DNA from: Alphaproteobacteria bacterium
GTDB lineage: Bacteria; Pseudomonadota; Alphaproteobacteria; RF32; CAG-239
Length of the DNA stretch: 64,000 bases
Assembly: GCA_015062235.1 (NCBI GenBank)
Contig: SUUZ01000001.1
Coordinates: 191,255-255,254 of the forward strand
Direction: 5' to 3'
Both the position numbers and the translations under genes were made by a program. Numbering within the stretch: position 1 is the stretch's first letter; each line of letters starts with the position of its first letter. Positions 31,315 to 40,927 of this stretch are shown here, piece by piece. The notes below the pieces were generated by a model. It had not been told where the DNA came from. It ran no database searches and worked only from the letters and a program-made list of their open reading frames with translations.

Positions 31315-32379
31315 TTGTCAAAACAAATAAAATATTTAATCAAAGCTATTACAGAAGAACTTAAAGAAAGTTCTGAACTTTCTCTATTGTTAAAAAGAAT
31401 TACTCATAAGTACATTGCTCAACAAAAAGCATCTAAAAACAAAAGTAAAGATCGTGGTTATGAAAAAGGAAATAAAAAGCCTAAAAACCAACCCAACACA
31501 TCTACTAAAAGTCAAGATAAAAATAGAATTAGGCAAATTGTTGAAAAACATCATATTGGTATTCCTCATATTAAAATAACCAATCAACCCAAACTATCTG
31601 AAGAACAAAAATTAATCATAAACTGGGACTTTGAAGGTATTAATCTTCATAGAGAAACTCTTTTGTTATCAACATATTTTCAAAATGCCCTCCAAACTTC
31701 TGAAAATTATGATGTAGGCAATCGCTACAATCCAAAGGAATATGATTTAAATCATATTCCAATTTGGAATGAAATGAAAAAATTTAAAAACTTTCAAACA
31801 ATGTGGGCTCCTATATGCCAACAACTTTCAATCATAGGATACCCTCCCGAAGACCTAAATTTGCTAAATATCTATGATGTTGCATATCTTATAAAAAAAC
31901 ACAATAAATCTACCCCCCCCTACAAATCTATGAGTTGCCAACGTACAAAATTTTTAAAAATGTTTGCGGCATGCTATAGCGATGAATTTATTTCAAAAGA
32001 ACGACTAATAGGACGTGAAGAAACAGCTAAAAATTTTATCGAATATATTAGTATTCTTGATACCGACAAAGAAGTATCAGATAGTCGCTGGGAAGCATTA
32101 TTACATTCTGCTTCCCTTTACAATGTACATCATAAGAAAAATCGCCAATTTGCAATTGAACTTGATGAGTACCATCAGATAAATGATTTTGCTAATCTTA
32201 CTCTTTGCTACGCTGAACCATATCACAGAATTTTACACACCCCTCAGGAAATTGATTTAAACACGAATATTGTTTATTTGGGAGGTCTTAGACAAGAATT
32301 CCAAGTTATTCGCGACCCTGAAAAAGAACGTCAATATCTAAGAGGAAACGTCAGAATAACTAAGAAGGAACGAGACTAA
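31315..32379 (+). CDS. Putative HNH-fold nuclease (toxin-like)
   Basis: C-terminal YNVHH...INDFANLTL...YHRILH; TTG start with AGAGGA SD. Confidence 0.65.
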   Translation: MSKQIKYLIKAITEELKESSELSLLLKRITHKYIAQQKASKNKSKDRGYEKGNKKPKNQPNTSTKSQDKNRIRQIVEKHHIGIPHIKITNQPKLSEEQKLIINWDFEGINLHRETLLLSTYFQNALQTSENYDVGNRYNPKEYDLNHIPIWNEMKKFKNFQTMWAPICQQLSIIGYPPEDLNLLNIYDVAYLIKKHNKSTPPYKSMSCQRTKFLKMFAACYSDEFISKERLIGREETAKNFIEYISILDTDKEVSDSRWEALLHSASLYNVHHKKNRQFAIELDEYHQINDFANLTLCYAEPYHRILHTPQEIDLNTNIVYLGGLRQEFQVIRDPEKERQYLRGNVRITKKERD

Positions 32380-32796
32380 ATGGATATACTGCTAAAAGAG
32401 ATAAATTCTTTGCGATGTGGTTTTATCGGCACTCCTCTTACAGATGCGGATATTGATTTATTTCAAAAAGAATTATCTGAAAGCGGTTTTAACACACTTC
32501 CTGAAATAGTTATAACTTTTCTAAAACATTATAATGGTTTTCTACTAGAAAATCGCTGTTTTTGGGGAATTAATACCAACGAACATTATACTAATGATAT
32601 TCTTGGTGAAAATGCTATTGCTCAAAATCCTCAACCAAACAATCTACTGTTGCTCGGTTCTACAGAAACGACTTATATTGGTTGGTTCAAATCAACTAAC
32701 AACTATTCAATGATTGACAAAAACGATTTTATGGTGCTACATAATTTCAATAATTTTCAAAATGCTGTGCGATACATATTAAAAATTGATGACTAA
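32380..32796 (+). CDS. SUKH/SMI1-KNR4 (YrhA-like) immunity protein
   Basis: LPEIVITFLKHYNG motif; 138 aa; ends FNNFQNAV; abuts the upstream stop codon. Confidence 0.75.
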   Translation: MDILLKEINSLRCGFIGTPLTDADIDLFQKELSESGFNTLPEIVITFLKHYNGFLLENRCFWGINTNEHYTNDILGENAIAQNPQPNNLLLLGSTETTYIGWFKSTNNYSMIDKNDFMVLHNFNNFQNAVRYILKIDD

Positions 32797-33739
32797 TATA
32801 TATACTTATACTCACACAACCTTAAAACAAGCTGCTGAAACAATAAAAAATGGCGGACTTGTAGCATTCCCTACCGAAACCGTATATGGTCTTGGAGCAA
32901 ATGCTTTTAATAGTCAAGCTGTTGCTAATATCTTTGCAGCTAAAGGACGTCCTAGCTTTAACCCTTTAATATCTCATATCGCAGAAATTGATACATTATT
33001 TGATTTAGTTCAAACTGATGAACGTGTAATTGCTCTAGCTAAACAATTTTGGCCAGGCCCGCTTACATTTGTACTAAAGCGCAAAGAACAAAACAAATCT
33101 CTTGATTTAGTATGCGCAGGCCTACCAACCATGACTATAAGAATGCCCAACCATCCAATTGCTTTAGATTTAATAAGAACTGCTGATGTTCCTATCGCTG
33201 CTCCCTCAGCCAATCGCTCTCAAACAATATCCCCAACTACAGCACGTCATGTTTTTGAAAGTTTAGGACACAAAGTAAATATGATACTAGATGGTGGGTT
33301 TTGTAAAGTTGGTGTTGAATCAACTATTATTGACCTAACTACAAGCAAAACTGTTCTACTTAGAGCAGGTGGCTTAGCTAAAGAAGACATAGAGAAATTT
33401 TTAAATGAAGAAGTTTTATTATCTCAAGGCAACCCTGATCTTCCATCATCGCCAGGACAAATGCTAAAACACTACGCAGCTAAGCTCCCTACACGCATCA
33501 ATGTAAAACCTGAAGATAAAAAAGATAACGAATTTTATATTGGTTTTGGTAATATAGAATGTAACCTAAATCTAAGCCCAAGCAGCAACCTCATCGAAGC
33601 TGCTGCTAACTTATTTGCCTATATGCATCTAGCCGAAGAACAATCAGAATATTCTTCTATCGCTATATCACCAATACCCCAAACAGGTTTAGGTCTTGCT
33701 ATAAACGACCGTATAAGGCGTGCATCATATTCAAAATAA
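32786..33739 (+). CDS. tsaC: Threonylcarbamoyl-AMP synthase (Sua5/TsaC)
   Basis: VAFPTETVYGL, KGRPSFNPLI, APSANRS, SPGQMLKHYA, AINDRIRRA. Confidence 0.96.
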   Translation: MMTNIYTYTHTTLKQAAETIKNGGLVAFPTETVYGLGANAFNSQAVANIFAAKGRPSFNPLISHIAEIDTLFDLVQTDERVIALAKQFWPGPLTFVLKRKEQNKSLDLVCAGLPTMTIRMPNHPIALDLIRTADVPIAAPSANRSQTISPTTARHVFESLGHKVNMILDGGFCKVGVESTIIDLTTSKTVLLRAGGLAKEDIEKFLNEEVLLSQGNPDLPSSPGQMLKHYAAKLPTRINVKPEDKKDNEFYIGFGNIECNLNLSPSSNLIEAAANLFAYMHLAEEQSEYSSIAISPIPQTGLGLAINDRIRRASYSK

Positions 33740-33741
33740 AA

Positions 33742-34281
33742 TTATCTTCTATCAATTATAATCTGATACATATTTTTCGACATATAATATTCTGCTAACT
33801 GTAAAATTCCAAACATTACAGCGTACAATCCCACCACAGTGGAAATGGTAATTGCTCCAACCAAAGGATATGCCAAAATAATTAAGCCAAAAACAATACC
33901 TATTATTCCCATCAATACAGACCAACCCCAAGGAAGTTCATAGCGCTTTAGTTCAAAAGCCCCTATCAACTGAACAACACCAACAGTTAAACTCCACAAA
34001 GCTAAAATTACTGGTAAACTTGCTGCCGTAATACCTAAATTTGCCATCAAAATTAAACCAACAACTAAATCTAGCGCACCTACCAATAAATACCAACCAG
34101 ATCTAATCTCAATTGATGACATAACATAAAATGCACCAGCCAACACAAAACCAATACCAATATAAAAAGCTAATGCTAACATCGTCCCGAAGGGATTAAA
34201 CCAAACAAATCCTCCTAAAAACAACATAACAATCCCCGCAACGAGATTCCATTTGCTTCCTTTAAACCTTGCTGTAACCAT
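33742..34281 (-). CDS. HdeD/DUF308 family membrane protein
   Basis: Six TM segments with the repeated W..L.G...G pattern. Confidence 0.8.
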   Translation of the reverse strand: MVTARFKGSKWNLVAGIVMLFLGGFVWFNPFGTMLALAFYIGIGFVLAGAFYVMSSIEIRSGWYLLVGALDLVVGLILMANLGITAASLPVILALWSLTVGVVQLIGAFELKRYELPWGWSVLMGIIGIVFGLIILAYPLVGAITISTVVGLYAVMFGILQLAEYYMSKNMYQIIIDRR

Positions 34282-34340
34282 TTGCTAATCTCCTATATTA
34301 AATATTCCTTATTATAATATAAGAATAGCTATCATCTTTT

Positions 34341-35549
34341 TCAAATATTCATCTTAATTTTAGTCGGAAATTTTCGCTTCCAATAATCTTCTACCTGAAA
34401 TACTACAGCACCCCAAACCGCAGAAAGTATAGAACCACATAAAATTCCTAAACGTACTTCTCCTTGCATTGCTTCTGGTAGTGATAAGTTTCCTACAAAC
34501 AAAGCCATTGTAAAACCAATTCCAGCGACACAAGCTACACCATACAAATCTATCATTTTAACTTCACGTGGAAAATCAGCTATTTTTACTCTAACCAACA
34601 AAAATGTTGTAAGAAAAATTCCAATTTGTTTACCAAAAAACAAACCACAAATAATACCAAGTGTCAATGTATGAGTAAATGTTTCAAAAGTAACATCTCT
34701 TAAATATAATCCTGCTGATGCAAACGCAAAAACAGGAAGAATTAATAAATCGACCCAAGGTTTTATTGAAACAGATAACTTTTCTAAAGGCGAATACTGT
34801 TTTGATCTAACTCGCATAGGATAAGCCATTGCCACAACCACTCCTGCAATTGTTGTATGTATTCCGCCATTCAAAAAACAATACCACAAAACCACACCAA
34901 GGATTAAATATGGACTAAATCTTGTAACTTGCATTCTATTAAGCATATATAAAGCTACACAACTCAAACTCGCATAACCTAACAAATCAACAGAAACACC
35001 TTGATTATAAAACAATGCAATAATTAAAATCGCACCCAAATCATCAAAAATAGCTATAGCTAACAAAAATATTTTAGCTGCTTGAGGGATTGCCTTACCA
35101 ACCAACATCAAAACACATATTGCAAATGCAATATCTGTAGCTGTTGGAATAGCCCACCCATTCATATATTGTGGTTGTCCATTATTTATAAGTGCATATA
35201 TAATTGCAGGACACAAAATCCCTCCCAAAGCTGCCAAAGCTGGAACTAATATTTGTTTAGGATCAGACAAAAAACCCTCTTTCATTTCTCTTTTTAGTTC
35301 TAAACCAATCTGCAAGAAAAAAAACACCATTAAAACATCATTAACCCACCATTCCAATGACTTAGAAAAAGACAGAGAACCAACACCAACAAACAATTTT
35401 GTTTCCCAAAAACTCTCTATTGGTCCATGCAAATATGTATTTGCACAAATAATTGAAGCAAACATTGCAACAATCATTAAAATACCACTTGTCATATCAT
35501 TATAAACAATTTTTTCCAACCACTCTTTTATCTTCATATCAAACACCAT
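34341..35549 (-). CDS. nhaA: Na+/H+ antiporter NhaA
   Basis: GLELKRE, GWAIPTATDIAF, LAIFDDLG, GIGFTMALF. Confidence 0.96.
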   Translation of the reverse strand: MVFDMKIKEWLEKIVYNDMTSGILMIVAMFASIICANTYLHGPIESFWETKLFVGVGSLSFSKSLEWWVNDVLMVFFFLQIGLELKREMKEGFLSDPKQILVPALAALGGILCPAIIYALINNGQPQYMNGWAIPTATDIAFAICVLMLVGKAIPQAAKIFLLAIAIFDDLGAILIIALFYNQGVSVDLLGYASLSCVALYMLNRMQVTRFSPYLILGVVLWYCFLNGGIHTTIAGVVVAMAYPMRVRSKQYSPLEKLSVSIKPWVDLLILPVFAFASAGLYLRDVTFETFTHTLTLGIICGLFFGKQIGIFLTTFLLVRVKIADFPREVKMIDLYGVACVAGIGFTMALFVGNLSLPEAMQGEVRLGILCGSILSAVWGAVVFQVEDYWKRKFPTKIKMNI

Positions 35550-35646
35550 AAGTAATTAAAATTACAGCAATACTAAATTCTATATATTAATATTTAATAA
35601 AAAATAGCCCCACTTTTAAGAGAGGCTATTAGCATTTTAGAAAATA

Positions 35647-35970
35647 TTAATCAACATAAATAATTTCGTTAGAAGCATTTTCAACACATTCTTGCCGAAC
35701 TTTACCAGTCTTGCGCGAAACTATAGTGTAACATTTAGCTTCTGGCTCAGCAATATAAACTTTTGGATTTTGAGGTTTTCTATATCTTTTGTACCCTCCC
35801 ATAATCTCTCCAGCAATCATGACACCCACAGCTGTACCAACAATTCCAGCAGTAATATCACTTGCATAATAACCAACTTTATTATGGTGTGGGTGCTTTC
35901 CCCATCTTTTTGCCAGAGCAGGATTTGCAACAAATAATGCTGCTAACAAAATTATAACAAACTTTTTCAT
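35647..35970 (-). CDS. Small exported or membrane hypothetical protein
   Basis: Signal peptide, glycine-rich hydrophobic segment, Cys pair. Confidence 0.7.
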   Translation of the reverse strand: MKKFVIILLAALFVANPALAKRWGKHPHHNKVGYYASDITAGIVGTAVGVMIAGEIMGGYKRYRKPQNPKVYIAEPEAKCYTIVSRKTGKVRQECVENASNEIIYVD

Positions 35971-35991
35971 TTAACCTCTCCTAAAAAATAT

Positions 35992-36396
35992 TTAGTCTTC
36001 TGGTTTATTATCTTTTTCACGAAATTGTTTATGATGTTTCTTAAATTTTTCTTCATGATGCTTTCTCATTTTTTTAAACTCTTCTTTTTGTTCATCAGTT
36101 AAGATTTTTTCAAATTCTTGCATATTTTCTTTACGCAATTTATCCATTTTTTCATGAAGCTCTTTTTTCTGTTCCATCAATGGTTTCATTTTTTCACGAC
36201 CATCTTTTCTAATTTTATCAGCTTTTTCTTTTTGTTCTTCCGATAACTTAAGTTTCTCTGCCAATTTTTCTTGATGCTTTACCATTTCAATTGGTGGACG
36301 TTTATCAAACTTATGTTCATTATTTTTTGCGTTAGCACACAAAGCACTACCCAACAACACACTCATACAAACTGTTGCTAATATCAATTTTTTCAT
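35992..36396 (-). CDS. Spy/CpxP-family periplasmic chaperone-like protein
   Basis: Signal peptide; LKLSEEQK and ILTDEQK (LTxxQ) motifs. Confidence 0.85.
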   Translation of the reverse strand: MKKLILATVCMSVLLGSALCANAKNNEHKFDKRPPIEMVKHQEKLAEKLKLSEEQKEKADKIRKDGREKMKPLMEQKKELHEKMDKLRKENMQEFEKILTDEQKEEFKKMRKHHEEKFKKHHKQFREKDNKPED

Positions 36397-36893
36397 ATCA
36401 TTTCTCCTTGTAAAAATTCAAGTTTTTCTGCCAAAATTTTTCTAGCATTATACAATCTAGATTTTATTGTACCTTCTGGTTCGCCAAGTTTTTTTGCTAT
36501 TTCTGCAATCGTAAACTCTTCAAATTCAAACAAAATAACAACTTTACGCATTTTTCTTGGCAAATCATTTATTGCTTTCAAAATAATTTTCTGTCTAAGT
36601 TTAGCATCAACAATTTTTTCTTGCGATGCCATAACCGATTTACTCTCTAAAACCTCTTCCGAAGTTATTTCATTACTTTTTTGACGATATTGTGAAGAAC
36701 GAAAATAATCTTTACATACATTAGCTGCTATTGTTGTAATCCAAGCACGAAATTTTCCACTTTCCGTATATGATGACAAGTTTTGCCATGTCTTGATATA
36801 AACTTCTTGCTCAATATCTTCATTGTAAGAACCAGTTATTTTCTTTATAACGGCTTTAATAAATCCTTTATTTTGTTCAATTATTTCTCTCAT
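36393..36893 (-). CDS. ECF sigma factor
   Basis: EDIEQEVYIKTW, FRAWITTIAAN, GTIKSRLYNAR. Confidence 0.93.
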   Translation of the reverse strand: MREIIEQNKGFIKAVIKKITGSYNEDIEQEVYIKTWQNLSSYTESGKFRAWITTIAANVCKDYFRSSQYRQKSNEITSEEVLESKSVMASQEKIVDAKLRQKIILKAINDLPRKMRKVVILFEFEEFTIAEIAKKLGEPEGTIKSRLYNARKILAEKLEFLQGEMI

Positions 36894-37148
36894 TTAACTC
36901 ACCAAAAGCAAACCATAATCATCAACTGGAAAACCTAAATTTTCTATATAGCTTTGTTCATTAACTGGCTGCTCTATTCCTAGATCCCAGTAATACATAT
37001 CATCTACTTGATATTTTTTAGGCATCATAACAGAAATAAAGGCAACACAAACAAGCATCACAGCAACAGAAAAAATTTGCTTATTTCTTTTTTTTCTAGC
37101 TAAATATAAAGGTTTTGCTTCTCTAATTAATGTAGAAATATCTTGCAT
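36894..37148 (-). CDS. Small single-TM protein, putative anti-sigma factor (start MQDIST)
   Basis: Basic patch RKKRNK followed by one TM; AGGAGG SD; abuts the sigma gene. Confidence 0.55.
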   Translation of the reverse strand: MQDISTLIREAKPLYLARKKRNKQIFSVAVMLVCVAFISVMMPKKYQVDDMYYWDLGIEQPVNEQSYIENLGFPVDDYGLLLVS

Positions 37149-37172
37149 AACCAACCTCCTTTCTACCACTTA

Positions 37173-37199
37173 AAACGATGCTAACTTGTAAAAAGTTCA
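37173..37199 (-). promoter_or_regulatory. ECF-type promoter (probably autoregulatory)
   Basis: TGAACTT...CGTTT (AAC/CGT) in the minus-strand sequence atgaactttttacaagttagcatcgtttt. Confidence 0.65.
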
Positions 37200-37269
37200 T
37201 TTTCAATTAAAAAATTTTTTTCAAAATTAAGATTGCATTTAAAAACAATTTGATATATACCAACAACCA

Positions 37270-38232
37270 CTAATAGTTATTGCTTCGTCGTCTAATGGTA
37301 GGACAGCGGATTCTGACTCCGTCAATCTTGGTTCGAGTCCAGGCGAAGCAGCCAGCTTGGATAGGGCTAGCGGAAATTTTCGCTAGCCCTTGATTTTTAA
37401 GGCTTTCAGCGAGTTCGATTGATTTCATATACCCAATTTGTACATTTTCGTTATCATTTGCCTGTAACCTTTGTTCTGCAACGGTTTGCATCGGTTCGTG
37501 CGGCAACACTTTATTTCCTTTCGGATTGTTAATATTTACAAATTCATTAAACGGAAATCTTAATTTGTAACTGATTACGCCTTCGGTCAAAGTAATCTTT
37601 TCAAATACAAATTTTAAGAGAAGTCTTTTCATTTCATAATTAGATGATTTTTCAAAAAAGTATCCTGCTTGTGTAGCAATATCCAATAGTCCTAAAATTG
37701 TATCATCAAAGCAGATATCTGCTTTTTCATGAGAAGCTATTTTCCTTTTAATGCGTTCTATTTTTAGCTGTATATCGTTCCGTTTTGTATCAAATGACTC
37801 TCTATCCAGTTCACCATCAAGCCTTAAATCAAATAATGTATCCATCTTTTCTTTAAGTTTTTCTTGTTCTGTTTTAAGTCTTTTAATCTCTTCGGAATTG
37901 AATTTTCTTTCAGATGCTTTGGCTGTTTTGAGTTCTTGTTGTAGTTCTGTTATAATATTTTCAGGTAGTCTTATACAATTTAAAATTGAGCTCACACGAT
38001 TAGTAAATTCTTCTTCACGAATATACATTCTTGTTTTATCTTTATGCCAGCATGCTACATAGCTGAATATTCCTTTTTTTAATTCACACTGACATATTTT
38101 GTTAGTTATGCCACAAGTAACTAATCCACGAAAAAGAAAATTCTTTTCAGATTTTTTTGTACATTGTCCGCCTCTAATTGCTTTCTGTTTTTGGCATAAA
38201 TCCCATAATTCTTTGGATATAATAGGTTTATA
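37270..38232 (-). pseudogene. 5'-truncated large serine recombinase; frame runs antisense through tRNA-Gln
   Basis: YKPIISKELW, FLFRGLVTC..CQC...YVAC zinc ribbon, coiled coil LRLDGELDRESF; no catalytic domain. Confidence 0.85.
37281..37354 (+). tRNA. tRNA-Gln(CTG); integration site of an island
   Basis: TGCTTCG/CGAAGCA acceptor, anticodon loop TTCTGAC, G73, CCA. Confidence 0.95.
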
Positions 38233-38537
38233 TTCAATCAAAAGTTTTGGCTTTTGCGTTTAGTTTAGCAAGTGAGATAGAACGTCAACTCATTTCTGAA
38301 CGCACTAAAAATTCACTTCAAAGACTAAAAAATGAAGGAAAGCATTTGGGAAGACCTTTTGGTTTTACTTATAAAAAGCTTGAGAAAAAGCACAACAAGA
38401 TAAAAGAACTTTTAGATAAAAATGTATCAAAATCAGAAATTGCAAGGCTCATGGGGTGTACTTGGCAGACTTTACATCGCTATATAAACAATGCATTTCC
38501 TGATAAGGCATTACAAGATGTAATATCAGAATCGTAA
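38232..38537 (+). pseudogene. 5'-truncated Mpi-like serine recombinase (paralog of 14956..15543)
   Basis: IQSKVLAFAFSLASEIERQLISERT...MGCTWQTLHRYI is nearly identical to the C-terminal half of the intact copy. Confidence 0.88.
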
Positions 38538-38736
38538 TGAAGCTGTTATTTCATCACGGTTTTGGATTTTTCTCATTGTACCTTTAGTCCTGATTTTATT
38601 TTATGCAGCAAGAAAACTTCTTATCATTTGGACTTGTTCTTTCATTTCCAATATTTCTGAACGGTGATTAACAAGTATACAATAAAGTTGGGCTGATTTT
38701 CGTTCTTGTTTGCTACCATTCTGCCAGCCAAAGTTC

Positions 38737-38766
38737 AAAAGTCGCTCAATGTAGCGACTTTTTTTA
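38737..38766. terminator. Intrinsic terminator
   Basis: AAAAGTCGCT-loop-AGCGACTTTTTT. Confidence 0.7.
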
Positions 38767-38945
38767 TTTACTTAAAAAAGATATATTATTTAAAAGATAA
38801 ACCTCTTTATTAAAGATAGTACTGCTATAATTATGACGTAAACCAATACAAAATATATTCCGTAAGATAACAAAGTTTTTGGATTAAATATCTTTTGCAC
38901 AAGTTTATTTTTAATACATAACTTTGTGATTTTTATTTTTCCTTG

Positions 38946-40016
38946 CTAGCTTGCATGAATTCTGATTTGCAGATTTAATTTTAATTCTTTTATAACTTTA
39001 CCATTCCTTTCAACTTCATATAAATATCCAAATGCATGCCTAGACGTACTTGGTGTATCTAAATATGTTTTTCTTATTAAATACTCTTTTAATTCCTCTA
39101 AAAGTTTTTGTTTGAATATATAGAAAGATGCTATATCTCCATTTTCTTTTATTACCAACATTCCACCATCAGCATCATATAATCTATTCCACTTTCTATT
39201 CGGCATCATTCCTAATGCTATTGATAATAGAAAATCCCCTATTTTAACCCTATAAACATCTAAATCTTTTAGATTTAATGGATTTTCTCTTTGAATTAAT
39301 CTAATTAAATCTGTTAATGATGTTCCCTTTTTCTGGTAATAATAAAGAAGTATCAAAGATATTATTTCTGGAAATTGAGTGTCTATAACTTGTAGATTAT
39401 TATTGAATATATCACTGTCCATATATGAGAAAGATATAGATTTAATCTTACTCAATAATTTTTTTGCCTTTGTTGTTGTATCATTAATATTATCATTAAC
39501 AATATATGTAAAATTAGTAGCTTTACTTGCATTTAGCAAAGTACTTGTTGCTTTACTTAAATTAGATTTAACACTAAATCCATAGGTTTGATTTGTTTTT
39601 GTGATTGGCTCATTTACTGTTATTATTATATCTTTCTTTTCTTGACTTGATGCCTTTAGATTTGGATTTAACAATTCCTCTAAAAATCTTTTTACTACTG
39701 GAATACCAAAAGTTCTTTCCTCATTTGATTTTATTTCTTTTAATAAGTAATCTGCCATACTCCTAAAAGATTCTAATGATATTTCTTTTTGTTTTATATT
39801 GCACTTATATATCTCAACTTTCTCTTTGTTAATTCTATATGATAAATTATATCCTGTTTCTTGTTGCTTTTTCTCAACACTTATTATTGAACAAAATTCA
39901 TTATCTATTAAATCTAAATTATAATTACAACCTTTCAATTCTTTATCTGATATTGCTTTGAACAAAGCATATACTTCACTCCACTCTCCAGAATTTAATG
40001 TTTCAAAATTACTCAT
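38946..40016 (-). CDS. Type II restriction endonuclease, HpaII-like family
   Basis: N-terminal NSGEWSEVYALFK, GFSVKS, TLLNAS, LGMMP, DTPSTSRHAFG, LKLNLQIR. Confidence 0.85.
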   Translation of the reverse strand: MSNFETLNSGEWSEVYALFKAISDKELKGCNYNLDLIDNEFCSIISVEKKQQETGYNLSYRINKEKVEIYKCNIKQKEISLESFRSMADYLLKEIKSNEERTFGIPVVKRFLEELLNPNLKASSQEKKDIIITVNEPITKTNQTYGFSVKSNLSKATSTLLNASKATNFTYIVNDNINDTTTKAKKLLSKIKSISFSYMDSDIFNNNLQVIDTQFPEIISLILLYYYQKKGTSLTDLIRLIQRENPLNLKDLDVYRVKIGDFLLSIALGMMPNRKWNRLYDADGGMLVIKENGDIASFYIFKQKLLEELKEYLIRKTYLDTPSTSRHAFGYLYEVERNGKVIKELKLNLQIRIHAS

Positions 40017-40927
40017 ACATTCAACCTTGTTTCATCTAAAATTAAATCGTCACCATTTAGGTATCTTACTATCTGATCTGCTACTGCTTGAACTGCTGGA
40101 ACTGCAACACTATTACCTAATTGTTTCATCGCTTGCCTATTAGAAACTGGAAATTCATACCAATCAGGAAAACCTTGCATTTTTCTTCCTTCTTCAGGCC
40201 CTAATCTTGTCGGAACACCATCAACTAAATAACAATCCCAATTTCTTCTATCATCTATTGAACTTCCTACACCACCAACCCTCAGTGTAAATCCTATTTT
40301 TTTATTACATTTTGCACCCCAAATATCATCCATTGTCATTTTTAATTCTTGTTTTGGAGGAAAAACAAATCGTTCTTTGTAATTATCTTCTCTTCTAAAA
40401 CCAACCATATATAATCTTGGTCTATGTTGAGGCACACCATAATCGCTAGCAAAGACTATTTGATATGTAAAATCATAATTTAATTCTTTTTCTATTGTTT
40501 CTTTAATAATATTAAATGTATTACCATTATCATGGTTTAACAGATATCTAACATTTTCTAAAAAAATACATTTAGGTCTTTTAGCTTTAATAATGTCCCT
40601 CAAAATAAAGAACATATTACCTCTACTTTGCTTTGTTTCAGCAAACCCTCTACCATAACCTATTTGACTAAATGATTGACATGGAAAACCAGCACATAAT
40701 ATATCAAAATCTGGAATTGAATTATAATCTAGCTTTAATATATCATCATTAAAATTACCATTTTCAAACAATTCAGTATCAAGCTTTTGTATATTATGTT
40801 GATATGTTGCTCTTGCGTACTTATCAATTTCACTAGCCAACACACATTTACATCCCACATTGTGAAAAGCAATGTGAAAACCACCAATACCTGCAAATAA
40901 ATCTACAAATTTATACTTATGTTTCAT
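40013..40927 (-). CDS. DNA cytosine-5 methyltransferase
   Basis: FAGIGG, GFPCQ, ENV, QxRxRL, QGFP, QLGNSV; ATGA overlap with the REase gene. Confidence 0.95.
   Translation of the reverse strand: MKHKYKFVDLFAGIGGFHIAFHNVGCKCVLASEIDKYARATYQHNIQKLDTELFENGNFNDDILKLDYNSIPDFDILCAGFPCQSFSQIGYGRGFAETKQSRGNMFFILRDIIKAKRPKCIFLENVRYLLNHDNGNTFNIIKETIEKELNYDFTYQIVFASDYGVPQHRPRLYMVGFRREDNYKERFVFPPKQELKMTMDDIWGAKCNKKIGFTLRVGGVGSSIDDRRNWDCYLVDGVPTRLGPEEGRKMQGFPDWYEFPVSNRQAMKQLGNSVAVPAVQAVADQIVRYLNGDDLILDETRLNV

Noticed and set aside
37330-37354. Exact duplication of the tRNA-Gln 3' end as attR
   Set aside because: No copy of GTTCGAGTCCAGGCGAAGCAGCCA found downstream by eye; only the degenerate repeats reported
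38597-38740. ~47-codon minus-strand ORF (LNFGWQNGSKQERK...) inside the island
   Set aside because: Short, no convincing start or SD, no recognisable motif
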